A stretch of 64,000 nucleotides of DNA from Acidobacteriota bacterium (GTDB lineage: Bacteria; Acidobacteriota; Terriglobia; UBA7540). Location: positions 3,739-67,738 of the forward strand of contig JAKAWG010000001.1 in assembly GCA_021817045.1 (NCBI GenBank), given 5' to 3'. Under the pieces are notes generated by a model. That model saw only the letters and a list, made by a program, of their open reading frames with translations. It made no database searches and was not told the DNA's origin. The translations under genes and the position numbers were made by a program. Of the stretch, positions 25,780-38,859 are shown one piece after another. The stretch's first letter is position 1. The number at the start of each line of letters is the position of its first letter.

Positions 25780-28700
25780 ATGGATCGAAGGAAATTTTTA
25801 CAAACCACCAGCTTGGTGTCAGCCGCGCTTGCCGCGCCTGGCTCGAAGGCGATCGCCCACGAGGACGCAAACTTCCGCGCCGCAGAATCTGACGGCACTT
25901 TAGCGATCTCGAACGATTCGCTGGCTTGGGGTTTCGAGTGGAAAAAGGAAACGCTCCGTAGTTCCCATTTCCTGAACAAGCTTTCTGGACACCACTTCGC
26001 CCTATCTTCCGTGCAGGAGTTGACCCTCGTCTTTTCTGCTTCCAAACAGCGAATCGAAATCCCTTGGTGGCGCTTTATTTTCGGTCCCGACCGGACGCCC
26101 GTGCCACCGCCTGAAGAACGAGGCCTGAAGGATGGCTACAACCTTCTGAATTATTCGGATCGGGAATGGGGGGTAACTGACAACCTGCTGCTGCGGCGCC
26201 TGAGCGGAGGTGGCGAACACCCCGATGAAATCAAGTACGACGGCTACGGCTGGTTTCGTCACGAGTTCGAATTGCCGGCAGACGCTCACGGCGAAGAAAT
26301 CGCCTTTGTCCTTGGCGGTTACGATTTCCAGGACTGGAACGACTATTGGATCTATTTCAACGGGGCTTTACTTGGCCGCCGGGTTTCTTCCGGCCGTTGG
26401 CGGACGCCAGAAGAATTCGTCGTTGCTCCCGGGAGCGCGAATTACGCGTCACTGCGATTTGGAGAATCGAATGTCCTTGCCGTGCGGACGCGGGGCTACG
26501 ACAAACACTTCGGAGACCTCAGCGAGAAAGCGCTGAAGCGGTATGTTTTTCACCCGGTTCTTGCGGACCAACTCATCTCCGTCGGGAAACCCTATTTGCG
26601 CATTTCCGACTTCAAAGTTTGTGGCGTGCGCCGGGAGGCGGAACATGCCGCGACGTTTGAGCTTCACAGCGTCGGCCATCCCATCCAGGCTTTCGCCCAT
26701 TATGAGCTGGATGGCGCAACAAGGCGCAAATGGATTGAGGTCATCAATCAGAGTTCCCTAGAGATGCTCTTGCTCGACGCGCAGTTAGATGACTTCACCC
26801 TGCGCACGTCTGTTTCTGAGGGTGGCTTTGGAGAGCCGATTTTTGTCGGGGAAGAAGCGTTTTGCGGGATCGAGCATCCGGCCGGCTTAAATCAAGGCGA
26901 TAACGGTCGCGTGAGGGTGATGCACTTCCCGGCACAGCGCCTATCGCCGGGCGCCAGCGTCCGAAGTCACGTGTCCCTGGTGAGTGTCGCGAAAGGTGGG
27001 CAAGCGCTCGATCACTTTATTGCCTACATCCAAGAGCGAAGCCCCCGGAAGAAGAAAGCGCTCGCTATATACGACCCGTTCGGAATTAATAACCAATGGG
27101 GTTCGTGCCCGACGCAGTGTGATGTCGAGATGCTGAACGGCCTGCAGGTCTTGCAAGAGTGGGCGGAGCGCGGGCTGCACTTCGATTACTACGTGCCGGA
27201 TTGGGGGTGGGTGGATCAGTCCTCTGACTTAACTCGTTTTGCGCCGCAGTGCTTTCCGCACGGACCAGGGAAGGTTGTCGAGCGAGTGAAAGCGCTGGGA
27301 ATGAATTTCGGACTCTGGTTTTCGATGAGCGGAGCCAACGAGTCATGCGGGGAATACCTGCCAGCATGGCCAAGCGGGATTCCTGCCCCGGGTGCTACGT
27401 CCAATCCCGGCCCTCCCACGATCACTTATAAGAACGGCTATTCGATCGATTGCGGCGCTCCAGGGGCGTTCTGCCTGGCCTCGGAGCCGTACTTTGGCAT
27501 CTTGAAAAATGCCATTCATTACCACATGCGGACCAACAGCGTCCGCTTTATTAAGCTGGACAACGGCGAATATTATTGCAACAGCACGCGGCACGAGCAC
27601 CTGCCTGGAAAATATTCGGTTGAAGCAATGTACCAGCGTCTTCTCGATATTGCAGCCAGCGCACGCAAGCTTGATCCGGATGTCTACGTCATGTGGTATT
27701 GGGGCGTTCGATCGCCCTTTTTTGCGCTACACGGCGACACGATCTTCGAGTCAGGGCTGTTTATGGAAGGCTCAGGAACAAGCTGGGTGCCAACCCTCTA
27801 CTATCGAGATTCCGTCACGCTCGATCTGGACCAGGGTACCGCATTCGCCAAGACGATCCCTCCGATCAACAAAGATAGCCTCGGCGTGTGGCTTGCCGAT
27901 AACCGCTGGGGAAATTTTATGGGAAACAGACGTTGGAAAGAAGCTCTGATCATGGATCTGGGCCGTGGGAATCTTCTTTTCCCTCAATTCTGGGGTGATA
28001 TTTACCTGTTGAACGAGAAGGATGTGAACTTCTTGATCGAAATGACCGGTCTCGTTAAGAAGAACGAGCCTGTGTTTTTGAGACCGCGCAAGTCTTTTGG
28101 CGACACCTGGAAAAACGAGGTGTACGGTTATGCGTATTTTCAGGGTCCGCACGGGTTCATCTTCGCGAACAACGTTCACTTCGCCTCCCGCAAAGTAGAA
28201 TTGGAACTGGGTCCCGCTCTCGGCATCGAAGCGCAACCCGACACACCGCTGAGCATCGTTTCCCACTTCCCGGAGCGTCGTCAACTCGTTGGAGAAAACG
28301 GCGCGAGCTTCAAAGCGGGCGAGCGTGCACAGGTTGCGCTGCGCCCATTTGAGGTCCTGATGCTGGAGGTGATGCCGGGCGAGACTCATGTGGAATCCAT
28401 TACCACTCGGACGGCGTCCGGACCGGAATTTGAGGACCTTGGGGTCCAGTTGCCGTTACAAGCAGTAGCTCCGGCGAGCCCCATGCCCGTACAGTTTGCG
28501 GACGCAGAGCGTTTTTTGAAGGAGAGAAAAGTCAAGAAGGTTTCTGCTTTTGAGTGTACGCTTCCGTCTTTAGCAGGGGAGCAGCAAATTCTGGCGATCC
28601 CGGTCAGGCTGCGGCAAGGAAATGAGGAATGGCGGTATTCGCCGGTGGTGGTCGAGATCGTGCAAGTCGTTGCGTGGATTGGTGATAAGACAATCCAACT

Positions 28701-28935
28701 TATCCCGGTCCCGGATGCCCGGCAGTACGGCGATACGCAAAAGGCAGGCTGCTCCTGGGTGCTGTTCAAGATTCGTCTTGCTCCCGAATGGTCTCACAAG
28801 AAATTACGGTTTGCCGTTCACGCTTATCTGCCGAAAGATGTTGAGCCGCACATCGAGGCATGGGTCGTCAAGCAATGGTGGCAGGTTGAAACACGCCCGC
28901 TCGGCGACGGTTACTACGGAAACGAACCCTCCTGA
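25780..28935 (+). CDS. Tat-signal large hypothetical protein (1051 aa), putative glycoside hydrolase
   Basis: Leader MDRRKFLQTTSLVSAALAAP. The central region (DYYVPDWGW, VRFIKLDNG) is reminiscent of alpha-galactosidase-type TIM barrels. This assignment is weak. Confidence 0.45.
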   Translation: MDRRKFLQTTSLVSAALAAPGSKAIAHEDANFRAAESDGTLAISNDSLAWGFEWKKETLRSSHFLNKLSGHHFALSSVQELTLVFSASKQRIEIPWWRFIFGPDRTPVPPPEERGLKDGYNLLNYSDREWGVTDNLLLRRLSGGGEHPDEIKYDGYGWFRHEFELPADAHGEEIAFVLGGYDFQDWNDYWIYFNGALLGRRVSSGRWRTPEEFVVAPGSANYASLRFGESNVLAVRTRGYDKHFGDLSEKALKRYVFHPVLADQLISVGKPYLRISDFKVCGVRREAEHAATFELHSVGHPIQAFAHYELDGATRRKWIEVINQSSLEMLLLDAQLDDFTLRTSVSEGGFGEPIFVGEEAFCGIEHPAGLNQGDNGRVRVMHFPAQRLSPGASVRSHVSLVSVAKGGQALDHFIAYIQERSPRKKKALAIYDPFGINNQWGSCPTQCDVEMLNGLQVLQEWAERGLHFDYYVPDWGWVDQSSDLTRFAPQCFPHGPGKVVERVKALGMNFGLWFSMSGANESCGEYLPAWPSGIPAPGATSNPGPPTITYKNGYSIDCGAPGAFCLASEPYFGILKNAIHYHMRTNSVRFIKLDNGEYYCNSTRHEHLPGKYSVEAMYQRLLDIAASARKLDPDVYVMWYWGVRSPFFALHGDTIFESGLFMEGSGTSWVPTLYYRDSVTLDLDQGTAFAKTIPPINKDSLGVWLADNRWGNFMGNRRWKEALIMDLGRGNLLFPQFWGDIYLLNEKDVNFLIEMTGLVKKNEPVFLRPRKSFGDTWKNEVYGYAYFQGPHGFIFANNVHFASRKVELELGPALGIEAQPDTPLSIVSHFPERRQLVGENGASFKAGERAQVALRPFEVLMLEVMPGETHVESITTRTASGPEFEDLGVQLPLQAVAPASPMPVQFADAERFLKERKVKKVSAFECTLPSLAGEQQILAIPVRLRQGNEEWRYSPVVVEIVQVVAWIGDKTIQLIPVPDARQYGDTQKAGCSWVLFKIRLAPEWSHKKLRFAVHAYLPKDVEPHIEAWVVKQWWQVETRPLGDGYYGNEPS

Positions 28936-29160
28936 CCCGCATTATTCGTTTGAAGCGATTGCCGCCCTTCCAATCTTTTCTTCATCGTTCCGTTTCAAAC
29001 CTCGGGGCTAGCGCGCAGAAACTCGGCTAAGCTTTTTCGAGTCCGCATCATCAACGACTTCTTGGTTTGGCTGGGTTGCGGAGCGGCGCAAGGGAATATA
29101 ATGAAACTTTACTGTGGCAGGAATTAAAGGCACACACTTGGCCGCGCGAGGAGAAAGGTC

Positions 29161-31866
<2,706 letters not shown>

Positions 31867-32170
31867 TAGTGAGAGTGATTTCCTGATCGGCGCATCGAGC
31901 GGGGACAAAAAGCCGCACGTCTATCCTAATTGAAATTCATACCTATTCCTCGCTGGCCTGTCAAGAAAACTAGGCTAGTATTGGCGCCTCCATATGACGC
32001 AGGAGCGTCGTGGTCCAGCTTCTCGGGAGGAGGTTGTTGGTTCCCGGACGGCTTGTCAGCCCTAGGCCAGAGTGAAGCCTGGAGACACTCTCCGCATCGA
32101 GTCTTTGCCGTCAAGGAACGGCGTTGTGACAAACGTCGTGATGACTTGTGACGAACATCACTGAAAATCC

Positions 32171-32200
32171 TTGACACGCTTTCCCACCGTGCACTATCAT
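32171..32200 (+). promoter_or_regulatory. candidate promoter of the ACIII-oxidase operon
   Basis: TTGACA (32171-32176), an 18 nt spacer, then TATCAT (32195-32200), about 240 nt upstream of actA. Confidence 0.35.
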
Positions 32201-32438
32201 GTCAGGTTGGTCTTCGGATGGGGCTGCGAAGGGTAAGCATTCAGCGGGACCTGCGCAGCGTGCTACCGAAGTGTGGGCCCTCATAAATTATGATCAAAGT
32301 TAGCGATTCCCGCGTGTATAACGTCGGACGAGAAGGGCGGCCAAAAGCTTGCTCCGTAAGCATTGAGGCCCCGCTTTCGTTGTTGTGACGGTGCTTCACG
32401 CGCCTGTGGTAAAAAACGACTTCAGCTAAGGCATCCTG

Positions 32439-33095
32439 ATGGCCCAAATTTTCCATCATGCGTCGAACACCGTCGCTAAAGCGACGATCTTTGGGGCTGT
32501 ATTGCTCGTCGCGGCGATCGGTATTGGCGCCTGGGAAGTGAACAACAGCTACAACGTCTACCTCGGCGTCCATCACGAGCAGCCGGTACCCTTCAGCCAC
32601 AAGCACCACGTCACCGACGACGGCATCGATTGCCGGTATTGCCACAGCACGGTTGAGACTTCTTCGTTCGCCGGCATTCCGCCTACGCACACGTGCATGA
32701 CCTGCCATTCGAAGATCTGGGTGAACAGCCCGATGCTGGCTCCGGTGCGCGAGAGCTACGCGACTGACGAATCAATTGCCTGGGTCCAAGTGAACCAGCT
32801 TCCCGATTTCGTTTATTTCGATCACAGCATCCACGTCGCCAAAGGAATCGGATGCACCACCTGCCACGGGCCGATTGGCGACATGCCAATTACGTACCGC
32901 GCTCATACGCTTTACATGCGCTGGTGCATCAACTGCCACAAGCATCCGTGGCGCTATGTGCGGCCCAAGAAGTACGTCTTCAGCGCCACCTACAAGCCGC
33001 CGCCGGACCAGGACGCGCTGGGGCGGAAGTTGGTGGCCGAATATCACATCAAACCGCCGCTTGTGATTACGAGCTGCTACACCTGTCACCGGTGA
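32439..33095 (+). CDS. actA: alternative complex III subunit ActA (pentahaem cytochrome c)
   Basis: N-terminal TM helix and five CxxCH motifs (CRYCH, CMTCH, CTTCH, CINCH, CYTCH). It is the first gene of the act cluster. Confidence 0.85.
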   Translation: MAQIFHHASNTVAKATIFGAVLLVAAIGIGAWEVNNSYNVYLGVHHEQPVPFSHKHHVTDDGIDCRYCHSTVETSSFAGIPPTHTCMTCHSKIWVNSPMLAPVRESYATDESIAWVQVNQLPDFVYFDHSIHVAKGIGCTTCHGPIGDMPITYRAHTLYMRWCINCHKHPWRYVRPKKYVFSATYKPPPDQDALGRKLVAEYHIKPPLVITSCYTCHR

Positions 33096-33129
33096 ACACG
33101 AGCGCTTCAAGGAAAAAGCGAGATGACTT

Positions 33130-36100
33130 ATGAGTAGGACGGATCAGAACCAAGGCCGGCTCGACCTCGTTCAGATCCAGCAGCAGGTTGAGGCGAAAGA
33201 AGGTCCGGAGTTCTGGCGAAGCGTCGGAGAGCTGGCGCAGACCGAAGGTTTTAAGCAGGCCTCGGCTGGCGAATTCCTTAGCGGCGTGAAGAGTCCGGGC
33301 GGCCTGAGTCGGCGGGACGCATTGAAGCTGATGGGGGCGTCGGCAGCGCTGGCAAGTCTGGCGGCCTGTACGAAGATGCCGCTTCAAAAGATAGTCCCCT
33401 ACGTCAACGCTCCGGAAGAGATTATTCCTGGCAAGCCCCTCTTTTACGCCAGCACGATGCCGTGGCAAGGTGTCGCCCAGGGCGTTGTGGTGTGGAGCTT
33501 CATGGGGCGGCCGACGAAGGTCGAGGGAAATAACGAGAACCCCGGGAGCATGGGCGGCGCGAACGTATTCATGCAAGGATCGGCGCTGGACCTTTACGAT
33601 CCCGACCGGTCGGAGGTGCTGATCCAGGACGGGCGAGTGGGAAGTTGGAACGATTTCCTGGTCCACATCGATGAACTGCGGGCGGCGCACCTGCGCAATC
33701 AAGGCGCAGGGCTGCGCTTCTTTACCGGGACGATTACGTCGCCAAGCGTCGGCGACCAGATGAACGATCTGCTGAAACAATTTCCGCAGGCTAAATGGCA
33801 TCAATACGAAGCCGTCTCGCGGGACAACGTCCGCGAAGGGGCTCGGCTGGCGTTTGGTGAGTACATTGAGACGATTTACCGCTTTGACCAGGCGGACGTG
33901 GTCGTCTCCCTGGACGCGGATTTTATGTTCTCCAATCCGGCCGGGCTGCGCTATGCCCTCGACTTTGCCAACAAGCGGCGGGTTACCGGACCGGATTCGC
34001 AAATGAACCGTTTTTACGCGGTTGAACCGAGCCCCACGGTCACCGGCTCGCAGGCGGATCACCGGCTTCGCTTGCGGCCTGCTCAGGTTGGCGAGTTCGC
34101 GCGGCTGCTGGCGGCGGCGTTGAATGTGAAGGTTCAAGGGTTGGGACAGCCGTCGATTCCGTCGTTGCCCGAAAGTTGGATTCCGGCGCTTGTGCGCGAC
34201 CTCCAGGCCCACCAAGGATCGAGCCTCATTGTCGCCGGGGATTCGCAGCCGCCTCAGATTCACGCGCTCGCGCATGCTATGAACGCCGCGCTTGGAAACG
34301 TGGGGAAAACGATCGTCTATACCGCGCCCATTGAAGTTAACCCTGTAAATCAACTGAAGTCGCTCCGCGAGCTCGTTCGGGATATGCAGGCGGGCCAAGT
34401 ACAGACGCTCGTGATGCTGGGCGGCAATCCCGTTTATACTGCGCCTGTCGACCTTGATTTCGCCCAAGCGCTATCGAAAGTTCCTGACCGCATTTACCTC
34501 AGCCTCTACGACGACGAGACTTTCGAGCTTTGTAACTGGCACGTCCCGGCGGCGCACTACCTCGAGTCCTGGGGAGACGTTCGCGCTTACGATGGAACGG
34601 TGAGCACGATCCAGCCGCTGATCGCTCCTATCTACGATGGCAAAACCGCCTCCGAACTGCTGACTCTCCTGCAAGGGCAGGCCGGACGGACCGCGCATAC
34701 GATCGTTCATGATTATTGGCAGGGACAGCAGAAGAAGCTCACTCCCGAGCAGTTCGAAGTGCAGTGGGAGACGTGGCTGGAAAAGGGCGTGATCGAGGGC
34801 ACGGCCCTGCCGCCAATGCCTGTAAAACTGGCGGCAAATCTGGACGTGAGCGGACCGGCCGATGCATCAGCGAGCGAGTCCGGCCTTGATATTGTGTTTA
34901 TGCCGGACCCGACGATCTGGGACGGAAGCTTTTGCAACAACGGTTTTCTGCAGGAATTGCCGAAGCCCTTCAACAAGCTCACCTGGGACAACGTCGTGAT
35001 GATCAGCCCGGCGACGGCGCAGCGTCTCGGCCTGACGATGGACCCGGCGGAGTTCGTCAAGGGCGAAGTGGTCGAGTTGACTTACCAGGGCCGGAAAGTG
35101 AAAGGGCCAGTGTTCATTTATCCCGGTCAAGCCGACGACTGCATTGCGGTCACACTCGGCTATGGTCGTACTCGCGCAGGCCGGTTCGGAACCGGAACCG
35201 GTTTCAACACTTACCCGATCCGGCCGTCGAGTAATCTGTGGTTTGGCTCCGGGGCGGAACTGCGAAAGACAGGAGGGCTGTACAAGCTGGCCAGCACTCA
35301 ATACCACTTCGCCATCGAGCAGAACGGGAAAGAGACGGGGGGCGAAGACGCGGCCGCATTCAACCGCCGGCTGGTGCGGACGGCGACGCTGGAAGAATTC
35401 CGCCAGAATCCCGGCTTCGCCAAGGACCCGGCAGACGAGACGACCAAGGCGCAGAGTTTGTATCCGGTCTTGCCCGCGCCATACGACTTCAAGAAAAGCC
35501 CTCAATGGGGTATGTCGATTGACCTGAACGCCTGCATCGGCTGCAACGCGTGCGTCATAGCGTGCCAGGCGGAGAACAACATCGCGGTGGTTGGCAAGGA
35601 CCAGACGGCCCGCGGCCGCTCGATGCACTGGATCCGCGTGGATAGTTATTATCACGGCGATTGGAACAACCCGGAAATCTATAACGAAGTCCTGCCCTGC
35701 ATGCAGTGCGAAAACGCGCCTTGCGAATACGTGTGCCCTGTTGGCGCGACGATGACCGGCCCTGAAGGCATCAATCAAATGGTTTATAACCGCTGCGTGG
35801 GCACGCGCTATTGCTCAAACAACTGCCCGTATAAAGTCCGGCGGTTCAATTTCTTCCTTTATTCCGACTGGCAAACGCCCAGCTTGTACGCGCTGCGCAA
35901 CCCGCTGGTGACGGTCCGCAGCCGGGGCGTGATGGAAAAGTGTACCTATTGCATCCAGCGGATTCGGCTGCATGAAATCCCGGCAGAGGAAGCGGGAAGG
36001 AAGCTGCGCCCTAACGAGGTTTTAACGGCTTGCCAGCAAACCTGCCCGACCAAGGCCATTGTGTTCGGCGACATCCTGAATCCTGAAGCCGAAGTTTACA

Positions 36101-36213
36101 AACGCAAGGCGCAGGTGAACAAATACGGACTGCTCGAAGATCTGAACGTCCGGCCGAGAACGACTTATTTAGCGAAAATCTGGAATCCTAACCCCGAGAT
36201 CAAGGAGTCATAG
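33130..36213 (+). CDS. actB: alternative complex III subunit ActB (molybdopterin-oxidoreductase-like plus 4Fe-4S module)
   Basis: Tat-like leader (SRRDALKLMGASAALASLAAC), a long molybdopterin-oxidoreductase-like region, and C-terminal ferredoxin Cys clusters (CIGCNACVIAC, CMQCENAPC, CVGTRYCSNNC). Confidence 0.9.
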   Translation: MSRTDQNQGRLDLVQIQQQVEAKEGPEFWRSVGELAQTEGFKQASAGEFLSGVKSPGGLSRRDALKLMGASAALASLAACTKMPLQKIVPYVNAPEEIIPGKPLFYASTMPWQGVAQGVVVWSFMGRPTKVEGNNENPGSMGGANVFMQGSALDLYDPDRSEVLIQDGRVGSWNDFLVHIDELRAAHLRNQGAGLRFFTGTITSPSVGDQMNDLLKQFPQAKWHQYEAVSRDNVREGARLAFGEYIETIYRFDQADVVVSLDADFMFSNPAGLRYALDFANKRRVTGPDSQMNRFYAVEPSPTVTGSQADHRLRLRPAQVGEFARLLAAALNVKVQGLGQPSIPSLPESWIPALVRDLQAHQGSSLIVAGDSQPPQIHALAHAMNAALGNVGKTIVYTAPIEVNPVNQLKSLRELVRDMQAGQVQTLVMLGGNPVYTAPVDLDFAQALSKVPDRIYLSLYDDETFELCNWHVPAAHYLESWGDVRAYDGTVSTIQPLIAPIYDGKTASELLTLLQGQAGRTAHTIVHDYWQGQQKKLTPEQFEVQWETWLEKGVIEGTALPPMPVKLAANLDVSGPADASASESGLDIVFMPDPTIWDGSFCNNGFLQELPKPFNKLTWDNVVMISPATAQRLGLTMDPAEFVKGEVVELTYQGRKVKGPVFIYPGQADDCIAVTLGYGRTRAGRFGTGTGFNTYPIRPSSNLWFGSGAELRKTGGLYKLASTQYHFAIEQNGKETGGEDAAAFNRRLVRTATLEEFRQNPGFAKDPADETTKAQSLYPVLPAPYDFKKSPQWGMSIDLNACIGCNACVIACQAENNIAVVGKDQTARGRSMHWIRVDSYYHGDWNNPEIYNEVLPCMQCENAPCEYVCPVGATMTGPEGINQMVYNRCVGTRYCSNNCPYKVRRFNFFLYSDWQTPSLYALRNPLVTVRSRGVMEKCTYCIQRIRLHEIPAEEAGRKLRPNEVLTACQQTCPTKAIVFGDILNPEAEVYKRKAQVNKYGLLEDLNVRPRTTYLAKIWNPNPEIKES

Positions 36214-36214
36214 G

Positions 36215-37621
36215 ATGGCGGATCCTGTCACCGAGGACAAGCCGGTATTTGTAGCGCCTGGCGCCGACTTTATTGGGCCTGGGCATAGCTATGGCTCGGT
36301 GACTGACCACATTTCCGGGCTGATATTCAGCAAGACACGCAAGGGTTGGTGGCTGGGCTTGGCTATCGGCTTGCTTGGGCTGATGGCGCTGAATTTGGGC
36401 CTTACTTACATTTTCGGCGTCGGCGTTGGAATGTTTGGGATCAACATTCCCGTCGGCTGGGGTTTCGCTATCACGAACTTTGTCTGGTGGATCGGAATCG
36501 GCCACGCCGGAACGCTCATCTCGGCGTTCCTCCTGCTGATGCACCAGAGATGGCGCACGTCCATTAACCGCTTCGCCGAGGCGATGACCATCTTCGCCGT
36601 GATGTGCGCCGGGATGTTTCCGATTCTTCACATGGGGCGGCCGTGGCTGTTTTTCTGGCTGTTGCCTTATCCCGACACGATGGGGTTGTGGCCGCAGTTC
36701 CGAAGCCCGCTGGTTTGGGACGTGTTCGCGGTGTCCACCTACTTTACGGTCTCGCTGTTGTTCTGGTACACGGGCCTGGTTCCCGACCTGGCAACCTTGC
36801 GTGACAAGGCGAAACGCAAGTTTTCCAAGATCGCGTATGGCGTCCTTTCGATGGGCTGGCGCGGCTCGGCTCGGCACTGGCGGCGGTACGAGGTGGCGTC
36901 GTTGCTCCTAGCCGGTCTTGCGACGCCGCTCGTGGTCTCCGTACATACGGTCGTGAGCTTCGATTTCACTATCGCTATCCTTCCCGGCTGGCACAGCACG
37001 ATCTTTCCGCCATACTTCGTTGCCGGGGCCATCTATTCCGGTTTCGCAATGGTTATCATGCTGGGCCTTCCGATGCGCCGGTGGTTTCATCTCGAGGATT
37101 TCATCACCGTCCGCCACATTAATAATTTTGCGAAGATGCTGCTGGCGACGGGAATGATCGTGACCTACAGCTACGTCATGGAAGCCTTCATGGCCTGGTA
37201 CAGTTCGGACCGATTGGAGCGCTATGTGCTCTGGAACCGCTATTTCGGGCCGGGGTACGGGTGGCTGGGCATGATTCTGGTGGCGACGAACATCGTTATA
37301 CCCATGACTTTTTTGTGGTCTTATCGTGTGCGAACCAACCCCGTGTCGCTATTTCTGGTGGCTACTTCCGCGCAGATCGGCATGTGGCTGGAACGCTTTA
37401 TGATCGTCGTTCAAAGCCTGCACCGCGACTTTGTTCCCTCTTCGTGGGGCTTTTTCCGACCTACGCCCACTGACTGGGCAGTGCTGTTCGGTTCGCTGGG
37501 CTTGTTCCTGACGTTGTTCTATATATTCGCGCGGCTGCTCCCAACGATTGCGATGTCCGAGATGCGCGATATGGTTCACAAAACGGCGGAGGAAGCGGGA
37601 GTGATCGCGGCGGCCGAGTAA
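36215..37621 (+). CDS. actC: alternative complex III subunit ActC (NrfD/PsrC-like quinol-interacting membrane subunit)
   Basis: Polytopic NrfD-like membrane protein immediately after actB. Confidence 0.85.
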   Translation: MADPVTEDKPVFVAPGADFIGPGHSYGSVTDHISGLIFSKTRKGWWLGLAIGLLGLMALNLGLTYIFGVGVGMFGINIPVGWGFAITNFVWWIGIGHAGTLISAFLLLMHQRWRTSINRFAEAMTIFAVMCAGMFPILHMGRPWLFFWLLPYPDTMGLWPQFRSPLVWDVFAVSTYFTVSLLFWYTGLVPDLATLRDKAKRKFSKIAYGVLSMGWRGSARHWRRYEVASLLLAGLATPLVVSVHTVVSFDFTIAILPGWHSTIFPPYFVAGAIYSGFAMVIMLGLPMRRWFHLEDFITVRHINNFAKMLLATGMIVTYSYVMEAFMAWYSSDRLERYVLWNRYFGPGYGWLGMILVATNIVIPMTFLWSYRVRTNPVSLFLVATSAQIGMWLERFMIVVQSLHRDFVPSSWGFFRPTPTDWAVLFGSLGLFLTLFYIFARLLPTIAMSEMRDMVHKTAEEAGVIAAAE

Positions 37622-37646
37622 ATGATCGACCTTTGGGATTAGCACC

Positions 37647-38180
37647 ATGGCAGAACGTCCGATCTACGGCGTGATGGCCGAATTCGATAATACGCACGAT
37701 CTGCTGGACGCGGCAAAGCGGACACGAGCGGCGGGTTACCGCAAATTCGACGCCTACAGCCCGTTTCCGGTGGAAGGTCTTTCCGAAGCAATCGGGTTCC
37801 GCACTCGTCTGCCTGTCCTTGCGTTTATCGGCGGGTTGATCGGCTGTTGCGGCGGTTTCTTCCTTCAGTACTATCCCAACGTGATGGGTTTCCCGCTTGA
37901 CATTGGCGGCAAGCCGTTCGATAGCTGGCCGGCATTCATTCCGATCACGTTCGAGATGACTATTCTTTTCGCGACACTTTTCTGCGTGATCGGAATGTTC
38001 ACGCTTGACCGGCTGCCAACTCCTTATCATCCGGTGTTCAACGTTCCGCGCTTCGAGCTGGCCAGCCGCGATCGCTTCTTCCTCTGCATCACTTCGAGAG
38101 ATCCGAAGTTTGATTTGCAAGGGGTTAAGGCCTTCATGGACTCACTCAATCCGCGATACGTGGATGTTGTGCCCGTGTGA
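37647..38180 (+). CDS. actD: alternative complex III subunit ActD
   Basis: MAERPIYGVMAEFD...AGYRKFDAYSPFPV plus two TM helices, matching the ActD (DUF3341) pattern. Confidence 0.75.
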   Translation: MAERPIYGVMAEFDNTHDLLDAAKRTRAAGYRKFDAYSPFPVEGLSEAIGFRTRLPVLAFIGGLIGCCGGFFLQYYPNVMGFPLDIGGKPFDSWPAFIPITFEMTILFATLFCVIGMFTLDRLPTPYHPVFNVPRFELASRDRFFLCITSRDPKFDLQGVKAFMDSLNPRYVDVVPV

Positions 38181-38196
38181 CAGGATACGAAAGAGA

Positions 38197-38859
38197 ATGA
38201 CGAGACAGGGAAAATCTGGAATCGCGGCGAGCGGCGGCCTGGACGGCCGTGTTTTTGAAACGCGGAAGTGCGTTCCGCTGCGCGTGTGGACGCTATTGTG
38301 CGTGGTGCTTTTTGGCCTGATCTCCGTCGAAGGATGCCGCCTGGACATGCACATCCAGCCTCGCTACGATCCCGATTCACCAAGCTCGTTTTTCCCTGAT
38401 GGCAGGTCGGAGCGCCCGATGGTTCCTGGAACGGTAGCGCGCGGCCATCTGCGCATCGATGAACTGCTCTACACTGGGAAAATTAACGGGAAGTTCGCCA
38501 ACCTTTTCCCGTTCCCCATTACGAAGAAGGACCTTCAGCGCGGCCAGCAGCGCTTCAACATTTATTGCTCGCCGTGCCACGGTTATGCGGGCGATGGAGA
38601 CGGGATGATCGTGCGGCGAGGTTTCCCGGCACCGCCCTCTTACCACAACGCGAAGATCATCAACACACCCGTCGGAAAGTATTTTAGTGTGATGACCAAC
38701 GGGCAGGGAACGATGTACAGTTATGCGGACCGCGTTGCCGTGAAGGACCGCTGGCGGATTGCCGCCTATATTCGCGCGCTGCAACTCAGCCAAAACGCCA
38801 CGCTGAACGAGCTTCCCACCAGCGAGCGCTTGAAGCTTCTGGCGGATAAAGAACAATGA
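38197..38859 (+). CDS. actE: alternative complex III subunit ActE (monohaem cytochrome c lipoprotein)
   Basis: ATG 38197 lies within ORF 38005..38859. It has a lipobox-like LISVEGC and a single CSPCH haem motif. Confidence 0.7.
   Translation: MTRQGKSGIAASGGLDGRVFETRKCVPLRVWTLLCVVLFGLISVEGCRLDMHIQPRYDPDSPSSFFPDGRSERPMVPGTVARGHLRIDELLYTGKINGKFANLFPFPITKKDLQRGQQRFNIYCSPCHGYAGDGDGMIVRRGFPAPPSYHNAKIINTPVGKYFSVMTNGQGTMYSYADRVAVKDRWRIAAYIRALQLSQNATLNELPTSERLKLLADKEQ

Noticed and set aside
33067-34467. 466-aa minus-strand ORF, plus 34867..35778 (303 aa), antisense to actB
   Set aside because: These are Arg/Pro/Gly-rich, low-complexity translations fully inside a confidently assigned plus-strand gene. 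They are typical shadow ORFs of GC-rich DNA.
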